Shown: positions 39,201-48,093, numbered from the stretch's first letter. The stretch: DNA of 64,000 nt from Candidatus Melainabacteria bacterium 17Bon1m (GCA_032128875.1 JAVLKG010000003.1:888974-952973), one strand, 5' to 3'. Translations and numbers: made by a program. The notes: generated from the letters alone by a model not told the origin.

Positions 39201-41245
39201 TCGCCAAGTACTTGTTCATCTCTATAAGTGTACGTCGAAGCGTCCCATGGATAGCGGCTGAGGCGCATTGTAATCGCTTGATTGGCGACCGGCTTGCCGT
39301 CGTAATCAATCGCTGTCACGGTCGCATTCAAACTGTCGCCGACTTTGGCGACATAAGAATCTGGCGTGACGAACAAACAGAAATTCCCCGCAGAAACTTT
39401 TGCAGTGCCGGAACTCACCACAGTCATTCGGCTGATGTCCGTAACTTCTGCTTCGATTTTGTAATTACGATCTCTGTATTCACTGGAATTAGGATGCTCG
39501 CCGAGTGGCTCAGCTTTCTTTGTTTGAACTTCGACTATTGCCTCACCGTTGTCGTCGGTCGTGACAGTGCCTTCCTCGACATAGTCCCCACCGTACTCTC
39601 CGTAGTCTTCGTCTGAATCCCAATCATCGAAGAAAGCAAAATATTCAGGTCTGTCTTGCAGTCTGTATCGACTAGACCAATCTGTCGATGAATAGATTGA
39701 ATACTTCACCTGCGCATTGGCAACCGGTCCACCAAAGAAATATGTAGCGTGGATTTTGGCTTTCACCTTCTGTCCGGCGACATATCGTGCTTCAAGTGGT
39801 TTGACTTCAACCTGATATTCCGGCTTTCTGTATTGCGCGACTTCGAAATTTTCGTACGCTACCGTGCCGTCAGGATAGGTGATATTGATGGAATAGGCGC
39901 CCGTCTTGCCGTCTTGTGGAATTGAGTACAGTCCGTGGAATGTTCCGTGATCTGATGTTTTGATTTTTCCGTTGAACAACTCTTCGCTGTTCGGATCTTC
40001 TATATGAACATTCAGTTCTATATTTTTGCCGGGGTTTTTGAATCCGTCCGGCGAAATTCCTCTGGCTATGCCTTTGAAATTGACCGTCTGCCCAAGCCGA
40101 TAGACTGGGCGATCCGTATAAAAATAAGTCTGCATCTTGTCGGACGAAGAGCGCCAATAGTTCATAGCACCGTAAGCGATATTGCTTCCTGACACTCCCA
40201 TGACTAAGGTGTTGAAACTTGATTGAGTGTTGGTTGATTTTGGCAGTGCACATTCGACAAAACCATCGTTCGCCGTCACGCCGCTTGCCAGTGCATTCTT
40301 GGGGGTGTCCTTGATAAGGCTTTCGTAGATGTTTATCTGTGCGCCGCTTACTGGTTTTAGCGTATTGAGATCAATGGCGCGCACGAGAGTTTTTTCCGGC
40401 GCTTGCCAAACTACAAGACCGATATCAGTGACGCTAAACCAGTGAATAGCGTGCGTGTGTTTCGTCGAATTGACGCCTTGCGCTTCACCATAAACTACAT
40501 AATCGCCCTGGGGAAGCGGCTTGTCGAGCTGAAATTCTGCACGTGATGAATCATTTTCATCTTGCTGGAGATCGCGGCTGAGAACGGCAACCGGAGTGTC
40601 TTTTGGAAATGGGATCGTGAATTTGTTCTGATTGCTTCTGTAAAGCTCCAGGCTGTTGCTCAGTTCATAGCCCCATTTGTCGAAGGACTTCTCTTTCGCT
40701 AGTTTGAGAATGTCTGTTTTGTAGACCTTAACTTTGACGTTTTTCGAGGCGGTAGCATTTGCCCAGAATCGAGGCGCCTCCTTGCTCGTGAATGTGCGCA
40801 TGTTCGAGGCAATGGAAAGGCTCGGTTCAATCAATGAAAGGTGAGTGCTGTCATGCACAACAGTATTCTTTCCGTCTTCGATAAAAACACCGTTAACGTA
40901 TTCGGTGGCATATCCGGTGGCACGGAGCTTTATTTGATACTCCCCAGCCGGTAACTGATCGATACGATATGTGCCGTCTTGGTTTATCCAAACACCGCGC
41001 TCGACTTGCGGGCCGCCACGCGGCCCATATGCCATCGCGTAAACTTTGTTGCCTTTCAGGTCGTAGCTTGAAATTCCAAACCCTCTCTCTTCGAGATCGA
41101 TCTGTCCTGAAACCGACCCGACTGGATGTTCGAGATAAGCACTGAGCAGTGCCAAGAACAGGAGCTGTACGACAACCAGATTCCATGCCGTAAGTATGCT
41201 GCGAGGCTGGTTTTGGATGACTTTGGTATTAATTATGGAAGACAT
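36218..41245 (-). CDS. Bacterial alpha-2-macroglobulin family protein with intact thioester motif
   Basis: YTDRPVYRLGQ (MG2), YRKPEY, VVDESIY, RKDFKDTAFW, LPDNLTTWR, YPYGCTEQ (CTEQ at 37775-37786), DGGWGWW; N-terminal TM anchor plus Ig-like carboxypeptidase-regulatory-type domain. Confidence 0.96.
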   Translation of the reverse strand: MSSIINTKVIQNQPRSILTAWNLVVVQLLFLALLSAYLEHPVGSVSGQIDLEERGFGISSYDLKGNKVYAMAYGPRGGPQVERGVWINQDGTYRIDQLPAGEYQIKLRATGYATEYVNGVFIEDGKNTVVHDSTHLSLIEPSLSIASNMRTFTSKEAPRFWANATASKNVKVKVYKTDILKLAKEKSFDKWGYELSNSLELYRSNQNKFTIPFPKDTPVAVLSRDLQQDENDSSRAEFQLDKPLPQGDYVVYGEAQGVNSTKHTHAIHWFSVTDIGLVVWQAPEKTLVRAIDLNTLKPVSGAQINIYESLIKDTPKNALASGVTANDGFVECALPKSTNTQSSFNTLVMGVSGSNIAYGAMNYWRSSSDKMQTYFYTDRPVYRLGQTVNFKGIARGISPDGFKNPGKNIELNVHIEDPNSEELFNGKIKTSDHGTFHGLYSIPQDGKTGAYSINITYPDGTVAYENFEVAQYRKPEYQVEVKPLEARYVAGQKVKAKIHATYFFGGPVANAQVKYSIYSSTDWSSRYRLQDRPEYFAFFDDWDSDEDYGEYGGDYVEEGTVTTDDNGEAIVEVQTKKAEPLGEHPNSSEYRDRNYKIEAEVTDISRMTVVSSGTAKVSAGNFCLFVTPDSYVAKVGDSLNATVTAIDYDGKPVANQAITMRLSRYPWDASTYTYRDEQVLGEAKVVTDAQGKGKVIFPVKDQYATDTYYISARASDGAGNLVGDQSSIWIASPDYPYILSGNNAQSEPVSLRFDKAIYKPGDTARLMFSGPVTGSEGAQAVITVEGTTIYKRHVVPLSSTAQLIEIPIEEKYAPNVYVNAVLVTKKHQFYTQNKMIKVSPANNFLTVQVATDKPRYQPGETVTYTIKAEKADHTPAANTELSLGVVDESIYSIRAELAQDIRKFFYARRENLVQVMCSFPETYSGGPDKIEPRVRKDFKDTAFWAPELITDKDGIATAKVKLPDNLTTWRATVRGVSMTTEVGSCINKVLSTQDVLVRLALPRFFSEGDHSQVTCIVHNYSEKEQNIKLSVNMTRQLSTDAPLTATFKVAPEKAYRHIWPVNVLSAGQVAISVKAIGDTRADAMEVKLPVRPLGVPAFVAKTGVLTQDSQQVDLRIQPPVKGADRGKVNLTVASSSMGPVIGSFDSLIDYPYGCTEQTLSRLVPSIVAFQLQKNLDMPVTAAQKKKFDEIFKMGMKKLTDHHHSDGGWGWWVDDESNMYLTSYVVEGLLMLKDCDYSVPREMIDTGRQWLSKNVVELNKQLHDPKIKIEAYDYREKRIDLARALYALSLTGQKPDAKICASFEKEVNSLTPEALTYLTITLKNAKQDKQANVFYQRLLELANESGETIDWDHTLQLAQKLMGPTFKPHMLEYSYRFTGVESTALALRAVLTMEPKNEQKVEAIKRWLMMQRGKSGWDNTKTTAEVFLVLLKDDILNRSSKETNFSLDALMKDSVFAQLKFDPKSRYAAESKVSLPADLKDTITLKKEGAGKLYYTLLQTYFRKLLPGENIEAEALPKGLKVTRKFFRLQTVKEASTGTLRFRTVPIAGGQIKSGETVLMKVYIETPVHVPYIIVESPLPSGAEVVENHKSEEMDGESGGTVIEGDWGQPWWTHQDVLDDRIVFFGTEMPAGKSEFHTLLRMELPGDVQLNPVTFEGMYTKSVRGYSMLDVLKITE

Positions 41246-41855
41246 CGGCGGTAATCCTGTACATTTGGCAACGAGAGTTGACGGGAATTCCAGCTTTCAA
41301 TTTGCATTGCACCAGTTGGTAGTGTGCATCGACGCATTCGCCCGGCAGAAGTACTGCCGCACGCCCTGCCTGTCTAACAAAGAGTCCGTGTTTTAAAGGA
41401 TTGATTGCGCGAATACTTTCAATTGGATCAACTGATTTGATGACTGTAACCTGTGCTTTGAGCTTGCCGATTTCTCCGCGCTTCACCTGGCTGAATCTGT
41501 ATTCTTTTGTGAGCGCGGCCTCGGTCGTAAAAACTGTTGAGCTGATGAGATCTGCATGTTCCGGTGTGATTGAGCCCCAGCATGCTCGAGTCTTTCCATC
41601 TTTAGACAATGTGACGAAAAGACCTCTCGGTTCTCCGGTCACTTTTCCTTTGGAAAGTTCCTCGGTTAATTGCGTCAGCGATTTTCGTTTACCATCCGGA
41701 AGAAAATGATTTTCAACTGTTCGCATAGCAATCTCATTCAGATGCAGCGATTTCACTCGCGCATCCGTATCAGGTTGCGCGTTCGCCAGTGCAAGTGGCG
41801 ACGCGGCAAAAACTATGCTGCTGTAAGCAGCAATATAGGCGACAAGACGCTTCAT
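41229..41855 (-). CDS. AMMECR1-domain protein with signal peptide
   Basis: RGLFVTL..DGKTRACWGS, EYRF..V, HGLFV..GRAAVLLP, KLKAGI; N-terminus MKRLVAYIAAYSSIVFAASPLALA; overlaps A2M start by 17 nt. Confidence 0.85.
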   Translation of the reverse strand: MKRLVAYIAAYSSIVFAASPLALANAQPDTDARVKSLHLNEIAMRTVENHFLPDGKRKSLTQLTEELSKGKVTGEPRGLFVTLSKDGKTRACWGSITPEHADLISSTVFTTEAALTKEYRFSQVKRGEIGKLKAQVTVIKSVDPIESIRAINPLKHGLFVRQAGRAAVLLPGECVDAHYQLVQCKLKAGIPVNSRCQMYRITADVFHN

Positions 41856-42041
41856 AAACCTAAGAGTTTACCCTGAGTCGCTCGAAGAAATTCACACATG
41901 GAATTTCAACAGACAACTTTCTAACAACCATTATCACCAGAGCCTGTAAACTTATACAGGCGCACAGGTTGCAAAGCTGTGAAATGATTGTGATGGCTTT
42001 GTAAAACGCCAACAGGCGCGCGTTTGTAAGGGTTTCAGCGT

Positions 42042-42968
42042 TTGACTTCCGACTCAGACAGCAGCAATAACTCCATTGGGCGGCGCGACTTTTTGAAGTC
42101 GATGTTTGGGCTGGGCGGGCTTTTGGAAGCTTCAGAAGCGTCTGCAAAGCCAGCACCCGGGCGCACTATCTTCTTCTGGACCGACTTGAAGACCGGGCAG
42201 GTAGGCTTCCCTACCGGCTTTATGGTCGAGGCTGGCCTGCCTGGCTCGGTTATGAAGATTGTTTCTTCAGCGGCACTCATTGAAGAACGCTTGGTCAACC
42301 CTAACGACACCGTTGACTGCATGGGGCACGCCACGATTCAAGGTCGAAAAATCAATTGTTTAGCCGCGCATGGAAAAGTAGACGCGGTGCACGCCATTGC
42401 CCAATCGTGCAATGTTTATTTTGCGACAGTTTCAAAACAAATGAGTCAGGCCTTGCTCTTTGAGTATGCCAAGAAATTTGGATTTGATTCTGCGGTCGGG
42501 TCTGTGAAGAGCGGGCTGTTTCCAAAGCCTGAGAAATCTTCAGCCTGGCCTTATGTTGTTGGTTTGAGTCCTAACCTGCATCCCAACGGATTGCAGCTTC
42601 TGCGCATGAGTGCCCTTGTCGCAAATCGCGGTGACGTTCCGTATCTTCATAGCGCTGAAGAAAACGCTCAAGGTAAGCCTCGATCGAAAGTGGAGCTTTC
42701 AGATCTCACCTGGGGACGTTTGCAGCAAGGCATGGAGCTGGCTGTACGCGAAGGGACTGCCAAAAAATTAGACCCTAACCACAAGTTGCATATTGCCGCA
42801 AAAACCGGCACGGCACCGCACGGCAACAAGTTTCAGTCTTGGGTGACAGGGTATTTCCCGTGCGAGGCACCTCGTCACGCATTTTGCCTGGGCGCGACCA
42901 GCGGCACCAGCTCAGAGGTTGCTGTACCGAAAGCCAAAGAGTTTTTGTTCGCAACTGAATGGCCGTAG
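42042..42968 (+). CDS. Tat-exported stand-alone penicillin-binding transpeptidase domain
   Basis: GRRDFLK Tat motif; PGSVMK (SxxK), SCN (SxN), AKTGTA (KTG). Confidence 0.9.
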   Translation: MTSDSDSSNNSIGRRDFLKSMFGLGGLLEASEASAKPAPGRTIFFWTDLKTGQVGFPTGFMVEAGLPGSVMKIVSSAALIEERLVNPNDTVDCMGHATIQGRKINCLAAHGKVDAVHAIAQSCNVYFATVSKQMSQALLFEYAKKFGFDSAVGSVKSGLFPKPEKSSAWPYVVGLSPNLHPNGLQLLRMSALVANRGDVPYLHSAEENAQGKPRSKVELSDLTWGRLQQGMELAVREGTAKKLDPNHKLHIAAKTGTAPHGNKFQSWVTGYFPCEAPRHAFCLGATSGTSSEVAVPKAKEFLFATEWP

Positions 42969-44200
42969 GCCTATCTATATATAAGAACGCATTTTGCTGG
43001 GGAAAAACGCTTTTGAATCGCGAGAAGTTGAAAGTGCGGTTTTTTTTGTTTTTTCATTTGTCGATTGCAATAGCTTTGCTTTTGTTCTCAAACACGATTG
43101 CTCTGGCGAACCCGCCAGGCATTTATGTCACTCTCTTTCAATCGCGCCCTCGCATTGACACGCTATATTTGCGCGGTCCATTCGTTGTATCCAATCCGAT
43201 TCACGCTGTCTTTCATGAAGGACTCTTTGAATGCGTGAGCGATGGAGGAGTGATTAGATTCGCACAGATAATTGGTCGAAAAAGAAAACCCATTTTGCGT
43301 GCACCGCATTTGGTGATATCAGATCGAGCTCGCTCAACAATCGAGATTGGTCCGGACCTTGAGCACATGCGCAAATACTATGGGCAAATGACAATCAGCC
43401 GGCGCTCCGCCGGACCACGCGATAGACAAGGCGGCGGACTGAATGTAGTAAATTTGATCGACAGCTTTAATTATGTGGCATCAGTTGTCGGTGGCGAAAC
43501 TACGGCAGATTTCGGCAAAGAAGCTCTCAAAGCCCAGGCAGTGCTCGTCTATACGCGCCTCTCGCCAAAAGGACGACATCCGGCGTTGAATGATACGACC
43601 GACGAGATGGTCTACCTCGGCGCCCAGCATGAACGCGCTGATGTCATAGATGCGGTAATCGATGTTGATCGCCGGAGACTGATGTTCAATGATCGACCCG
43701 CTCAAGCCTTTTTCCATGCCTGTTGCGCCGGGCGCACCAGCAAGGGCAGTGACATCTTTGGAGAAAATGCCAAAGCCTTGGTGTATTTGCAGTCCGTTCC
43801 TTGTAACTATTGCAAGGCGTCTCCACTTTATGGCACGACGACAAAGCAGATTCCAGCAACCATATTCAACCGTGAAATAGCTGAAGGGGGGCCGAATGTG
43901 CTCAAAGTCGACCAAGCAAAGCGTATTGTCATTGCCGACATTCGCAAGGGCGGTAAAACTGAGACTGTGAGTGGCTACCAGTTGTGGCTGCGTTTGGGAC
44001 AGCGTCTGGGCTGGGACAAGGTGCCTGGTACTCGCTATCAGATAAGGAAGACGGGTTCTGCTTACACGATAAAATCAAGTGGTGGCGGGCACGGAGTCGG
44101 TCTTTGTCAGTGGGGCGCACAAGGGCTGGCGAAGCAAAATAAGACCTATACTGAGATTTTGCAGTATTACTTTCCTGGCGCTACCGTAGAGAAACGCTGA
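42959..44200 (+). CDS. SpoIID/LytB-domain lytic transglycosylase
   Basis: YVASVVGGE, EALKAQAV, FFHACCAGRT, GHGVGLCQWGA, EILQYYFPG; overlaps upstream gene by 10 nt. Confidence 0.92.
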   Translation: MAVGLSIYKNAFCWGKTLLNREKLKVRFFLFFHLSIAIALLLFSNTIALANPPGIYVTLFQSRPRIDTLYLRGPFVVSNPIHAVFHEGLFECVSDGGVIRFAQIIGRKRKPILRAPHLVISDRARSTIEIGPDLEHMRKYYGQMTISRRSAGPRDRQGGGLNVVNLIDSFNYVASVVGGETTADFGKEALKAQAVLVYTRLSPKGRHPALNDTTDEMVYLGAQHERADVIDAVIDVDRRRLMFNDRPAQAFFHACCAGRTSKGSDIFGENAKALVYLQSVPCNYCKASPLYGTTTKQIPATIFNREIAEGGPNVLKVDQAKRIVIADIRKGGKTETVSGYQLWLRLGQRLGWDKVPGTRYQIRKTGSAYTIKSSGGGHGVGLCQWGAQGLAKQNKTYTEILQYYFPGATVEKR

Positions 44201-44322
44201 GAAAGCCGCCAAAGAAAAGCGCCGAATATCTGGTCTTTTCTAGTCTTTGCACATGCAAAGCGGGCTGTCTTCTGTTAGATTATCTTCTTGCGCTAGGTCT
44301 AGGCTAAGAGAAGGAACGGCAC

Positions 44323-45501
44323 ATGCAGTCAAGAGTTCGCAAGCTCGCATCCCACAAGGCAGATCAGTTTCAAGAGTCAGTCATCAGAGAGATGTCACGG
44401 CTTGCAGCCCGGTACAAGGCAACAAATTTGGCGCAAGGTTTGCCCGATTTCCCTTGTCCTGAAGAACTCAAAATAGCTGCTAAAGATGCACTGTTCGCGG
44501 ACGTCAATCAGTATGCGATTACCTGGGGTGATAAGCCCTTGCGCGACGCGCTTGCCGAAAAACATTTGAAAACAGCCGGACAGAAAGTAGATCCCGAAAC
44601 TCAGATTACTGTTGCTTGCGGCGCCACAGAAGCCATGGTCGCAACAATGTTGGCGCTTGTGGATGCTGATGATGAAGTGATTGTATTCGAGCCCTTCTAC
44701 GAAAATTACGGACCTGATGCCATCTTATGTGGTGGCAAGCCTCGTTATGTATCGATGCATCCGCCTGATTGGACATTCGATGTGAAAGAGCTCGAGAAGG
44801 CGTTTAACGACAAGACTCGCGCCATCATCGTCAATACTCCTCACAATCCGACAGGCAAAGTTTTTAGCCGGGAAGAAATGACCGAAATAGCACGCCTTTG
44901 CCAGAAGTGGGGCGTTCTTTGCTTGACTGATGAGATTTACGAGCACATTCTTTATGACGGTCACGAGCATGTCGCGATGGCTTCCTTGCCGGGCATGGAA
45001 GACCTGACCGTGACAATAAACAGTTTATCGAAGACCTATAGTGTCACTGGATGGCGCGTGGGTTGGGCGATTGCACCTGCTGAATTGACTTTGCCAATTC
45101 GCAAAGTTCACGACTTCCTTACCGTCGGCTCACCCGCACCATTGCAAAGGGCTGCCGTTACTGCAATTAACATGGGCCAGAAGTATTACGATGACCTTGC
45201 CGCGGAATACAAAGATAGACGCGCGTACATGCTTGAAACGCTCGATATGTGCGGCATCAAGTACTACAAACCGCAAGGCGCCTATTATGTCTTCAGCGAT
45301 ATCAGCGAATGGGGATACGGCACCGACATGCAGTTTACCGAGTACCTGGTTAAGGAGATCGGTGTGGCTGTGGTGCCTGGCGCTAGCTTCTTTGGACCGT
45401 CTGAGTTGGCGCGTAATTATGTTCGCTTCTGCTTCAGCCGTCGAGAAGAGACTCTCGTTGCCGCTCGCGAAAAACTTTTGAAATTGAAGAAGAAGGCGTA
45501 A
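44323..45501 (+). CDS. PLP-dependent class I/II aminotransferase (YbdL/kynurenine-aminotransferase-like)
   Basis: NLAQGLPDF, NTPHNPTGK, DEIYEH, SLSKTYSVTGWRVG. Confidence 0.93.
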   Translation: MQSRVRKLASHKADQFQESVIREMSRLAARYKATNLAQGLPDFPCPEELKIAAKDALFADVNQYAITWGDKPLRDALAEKHLKTAGQKVDPETQITVACGATEAMVATMLALVDADDEVIVFEPFYENYGPDAILCGGKPRYVSMHPPDWTFDVKELEKAFNDKTRAIIVNTPHNPTGKVFSREEMTEIARLCQKWGVLCLTDEIYEHILYDGHEHVAMASLPGMEDLTVTINSLSKTYSVTGWRVGWAIAPAELTLPIRKVHDFLTVGSPAPLQRAAVTAINMGQKYYDDLAAEYKDRRAYMLETLDMCGIKYYKPQGAYYVFSDISEWGYGTDMQFTEYLVKEIGVAVVPGASFFGPSELARNYVRFCFSRREETLVAAREKLLKLKKKA

Positions 45502-45503
45502 GT

Positions 45504-45590
45504 TTAAGGCTTAGCGATTTCAAGCTCGGCTCCGTTCAAACCCGCTCACCTTCAAGCTGGGCTTGGTTCAGGCTCAGCTTGGTTTTGAAC
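45504..45590. repeat. Degenerate 16-bp tandem repeat, about 5 units
   Basis: TTCAAGCTCGGCTCCG / TTCAAACCCGCTCACC / TTCAAGCTGGGCTTGG / TTCAGGCTCAGCTTGG starting at 45519, 45535, 45551, 45567. Confidence 0.6.
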
Positions 45591-45905
45591 CTAGATGATT
45601 CCCAGAAAGAAAAGAACCTGGAAAACGCCTGAGATAATCAGGAGAACGCCGGACGGCATAAACTTCTTGGTCTTCGCCAGGCGCATGGCGAAAACAGCTT
45701 CCAGTACCAGAGCAAGCGCAAATGCGATCATCAGCGCTGTTTTCAGGTCGCTGAAGCTGAATGCGTAGCAGCCCGCTAGCGCTGCAGCGCTGCCTCCTCC
45801 AGCAATAAGCGAGGCTTTGCTCTTGCCTTTGACAAAACCCATGATGCCGCCGAGCAGCATCAATACTGCATAGACAGGTATGGCAATTTGAGCAATTTCG
45901 TGCAT
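45591..45905 (-). CDS. TMEM14-family small membrane protein
   Basis: YAVLMLLGGIMGFVKGKSKASLIAG...RLAKTKKFMPSG. Confidence 0.92.
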   Translation of the reverse strand: MHEIAQIAIPVYAVLMLLGGIMGFVKGKSKASLIAGGGSAAALAGCYAFSFSDLKTALMIAFALALVLEAVFAMRLAKTKKFMPSGVLLIISGVFQVLFFLGII

Positions 45906-45974
45906 CTTTCTTCCCCTTACTGGTTGCAAGAATTATTGCACGGCCGGTCATCCGGCGGCTTTAGCGCTTGCTCA

Positions 45975-46427
45975 CTAGTCGCTTTGCTTGGACGTCGCCG
46001 GCGCCGTCTGTGGCTTCCTTTCGCCCACTAGCTCCAGTTCTTGATGGTCTTCGATTTCAAATTTCAAATCTTCTCCATCTTCGTATCTCTTGGCTGTCCA
46101 GGTGCCCTTGAGGTCCGTCGTTTCCTTGCCGGAACCCGGGACTCGCCAGCGCCCCATGAGCGTCTTTCCATCCTCACTCATGCTTCCCTCGTAAAAGACG
46201 GAGTGTCTTGTGCCTGCTCTATATGTCTTGGTGAATTTGATGTGCGGGTAGAAGAACTTTCCGTCTACATCTGCTTCTCCTGAGGAACAATCATCGAGAA
46301 TATTGCCTTCGATAATGCCGTCAGCATCGATGAAAACAGCTTCAAAGCCCTGGGCGTCACTGTTGCCGGGATAGAAATATCTTCCCCTCCAGCTTCCTGC
46401 AATGCTATGACTGCCTACCATCTCCAC
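45975..46427 (-). CDS. Hypothetical beta-rich protein
   Basis: 150-aa ORF (GSWRGRYFY..FTKTY..YEG..GRW..GTW), operonic between neighbours. Confidence 0.7.
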   Translation of the reverse strand: MEMVGSHSIAGSWRGRYFYPGNSDAQGFEAVFIDADGIIEGNILDDCSSGEADVDGKFFYPHIKFTKTYRAGTRHSVFYEGSMSEDGKTLMGRWRVPGSGKETTDLKGTWTAKRYEDGEDLKFEIEDHQELELVGERKPQTAPATSKQSD

Positions 46428-46440
46428 CTGTCCTGCAGTG

Positions 46441-47934
46441 CTACTCTTTCTTTATCGAAAATTTGTCGATTACTTTGCCGGCATCGGAAACTTGAGACAC
46501 CGTCAATTTCCCACCATCGACCTTGCAGACTGTGTACGAATGGCAATCAGAAATTTGTTTGAGAAGGAAATCACCCATGCGATTGATCTCAGCGTTGTCG
46601 GTTGGGCTGTAGAGGCGCGCGCCGCCAGCGCCCGTGACAATGTGAATGATGCCGTTTGGTTTTGTGTTTTCTGTTGAATCGTAAGATTTGTCCAGAGTGA
46701 TAGCACCATCTACGGTGCCGTCATGATTCATCTTGCCTGTCGTCGGTTTGAAATGAAGAGGGAATGTTCGCTGGTAATTGTGAGCGTGCCCAGCGAAAAC
46801 TATGTCTACGCCTCCTTTTTCGAGTGCGTCGACGATTAAGCGCATGCGCTGTTCTTTCAAGTGATAGAGGTCTGTGCTAAAAGCTGGCTGGTGAAATGTC
46901 GCGAATTTCCATTTTGCAGATGATGCTTTGGCTAGATCATCGCTCACCCACTTGCGCATTTCCGGACTCGACCAGTCCATGTAATAGTTGCCGTCAAGCA
47001 CTATCCAGTGGGTGTTTCCAAAGTCGAAAGAGAAATTTGCCATTTGGGGAAAACGTTTGCCGGCCCCTTGCTGGAAAGAGGAAAGTTTGGACTGGGTTCC
47101 CACAATGGGGCAGATGTTTGGACCCTGAAAATGCTTCAGTGGTCCGTTGAGTGGCGCAGACCAAACCAAAAAATATCCCAATGCATCTTGCATGCGATTT
47201 AGATTGGTCGGCGCTAGCATGACGCTTTGAGCGATATCGTGATTACCAATCACGGGGACGCAAAGCGTTGAACGCATAATCGGAGCGCCTACAGCTTCTT
47301 TCGATTCATCAGCATTGAAGATCGGAAAAAAGCGAGCCAAGTAATCTGAGAGTAAACCCATGTTGTACACAAGGTCTCCCGGCATCACCCACATATCCGG
47401 TGACTCTGAATAAATACGCTGCGCAATGCGCTTTTGTCCATGGCTGCCCGCCCCCAAATCACCGGCAACTATGAATTTGAACGCCTGGTCGTGTGCAACT
47501 TGCGCTTTCGCATTTGCTGAGAATGTTTCCATTCCATCTCTGTAAACCTTGTAGGTAAAAGGTTTTCCGGCAGGTAATCCAGTGAGCGTTGTGGAGAAAA
47601 GGCTGACTGCTTCAGGCTGAGAGTCTTCCAAAATGTTTTTGGTTAGTGGTTTTGCTTTTTGCCAGCTTTTTGCTCCGGCAGTTTTATATTCCAATTCCCA
47701 TTCATGCTTATCGTTGCGAGCTAGAAAAAGAACATCGTGACTGACCTTGTTGTTCTCGAGCTTGCCCTGCCCAAGTTGCACATATGGTTTGGCCACAAAA
47801 ATTTCCGGCGGTGTGAAATAGGCTTTGATTTCCTGACTGATGGTGATGGCTGCCAGCACCGTGACAGTGGAAAATGCCAAAATGGCACTCCGCTTCTTCG
47901 ATTTGCCGAAAAATCTCGAGAATTGCCTTTTCAT
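46441..47934 (-). CDS. Exported metallophosphoesterase (purple-acid-phosphatase-like)
   Basis: GDLG, PGDLVY, IGNHD, FHQP, AGHAHNYQR, VTGAGGA. Confidence 0.92.
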   Translation of the reverse strand: MKRQFSRFFGKSKKRSAILAFSTVTVLAAITISQEIKAYFTPPEIFVAKPYVQLGQGKLENNKVSHDVLFLARNDKHEWELEYKTAGAKSWQKAKPLTKNILEDSQPEAVSLFSTTLTGLPAGKPFTYKVYRDGMETFSANAKAQVAHDQAFKFIVAGDLGAGSHGQKRIAQRIYSESPDMWVMPGDLVYNMGLLSDYLARFFPIFNADESKEAVGAPIMRSTLCVPVIGNHDIAQSVMLAPTNLNRMQDALGYFLVWSAPLNGPLKHFQGPNICPIVGTQSKLSSFQQGAGKRFPQMANFSFDFGNTHWIVLDGNYYMDWSSPEMRKWVSDDLAKASSAKWKFATFHQPAFSTDLYHLKEQRMRLIVDALEKGGVDIVFAGHAHNYQRTFPLHFKPTTGKMNHDGTVDGAITLDKSYDSTENTKPNGIIHIVTGAGGARLYSPTDNAEINRMGDFLLKQISDCHSYTVCKVDGGKLTVSQVSDAGKVIDKFSIKKE

Positions 47935-48093
47935 AACACCATGGACTCCGGTCGACCTAATATAGCTAAACCCTATAGATTGTTCATCATCTGCGCAGAT
48001 ATAGCATTAATCTCAAACTTTTTTGCGCGTAAGGCATTCGTATAAACTAAATCTGGAATGCTTAACAGTGGTTGAAGCCGCTACGAGGAAGAC

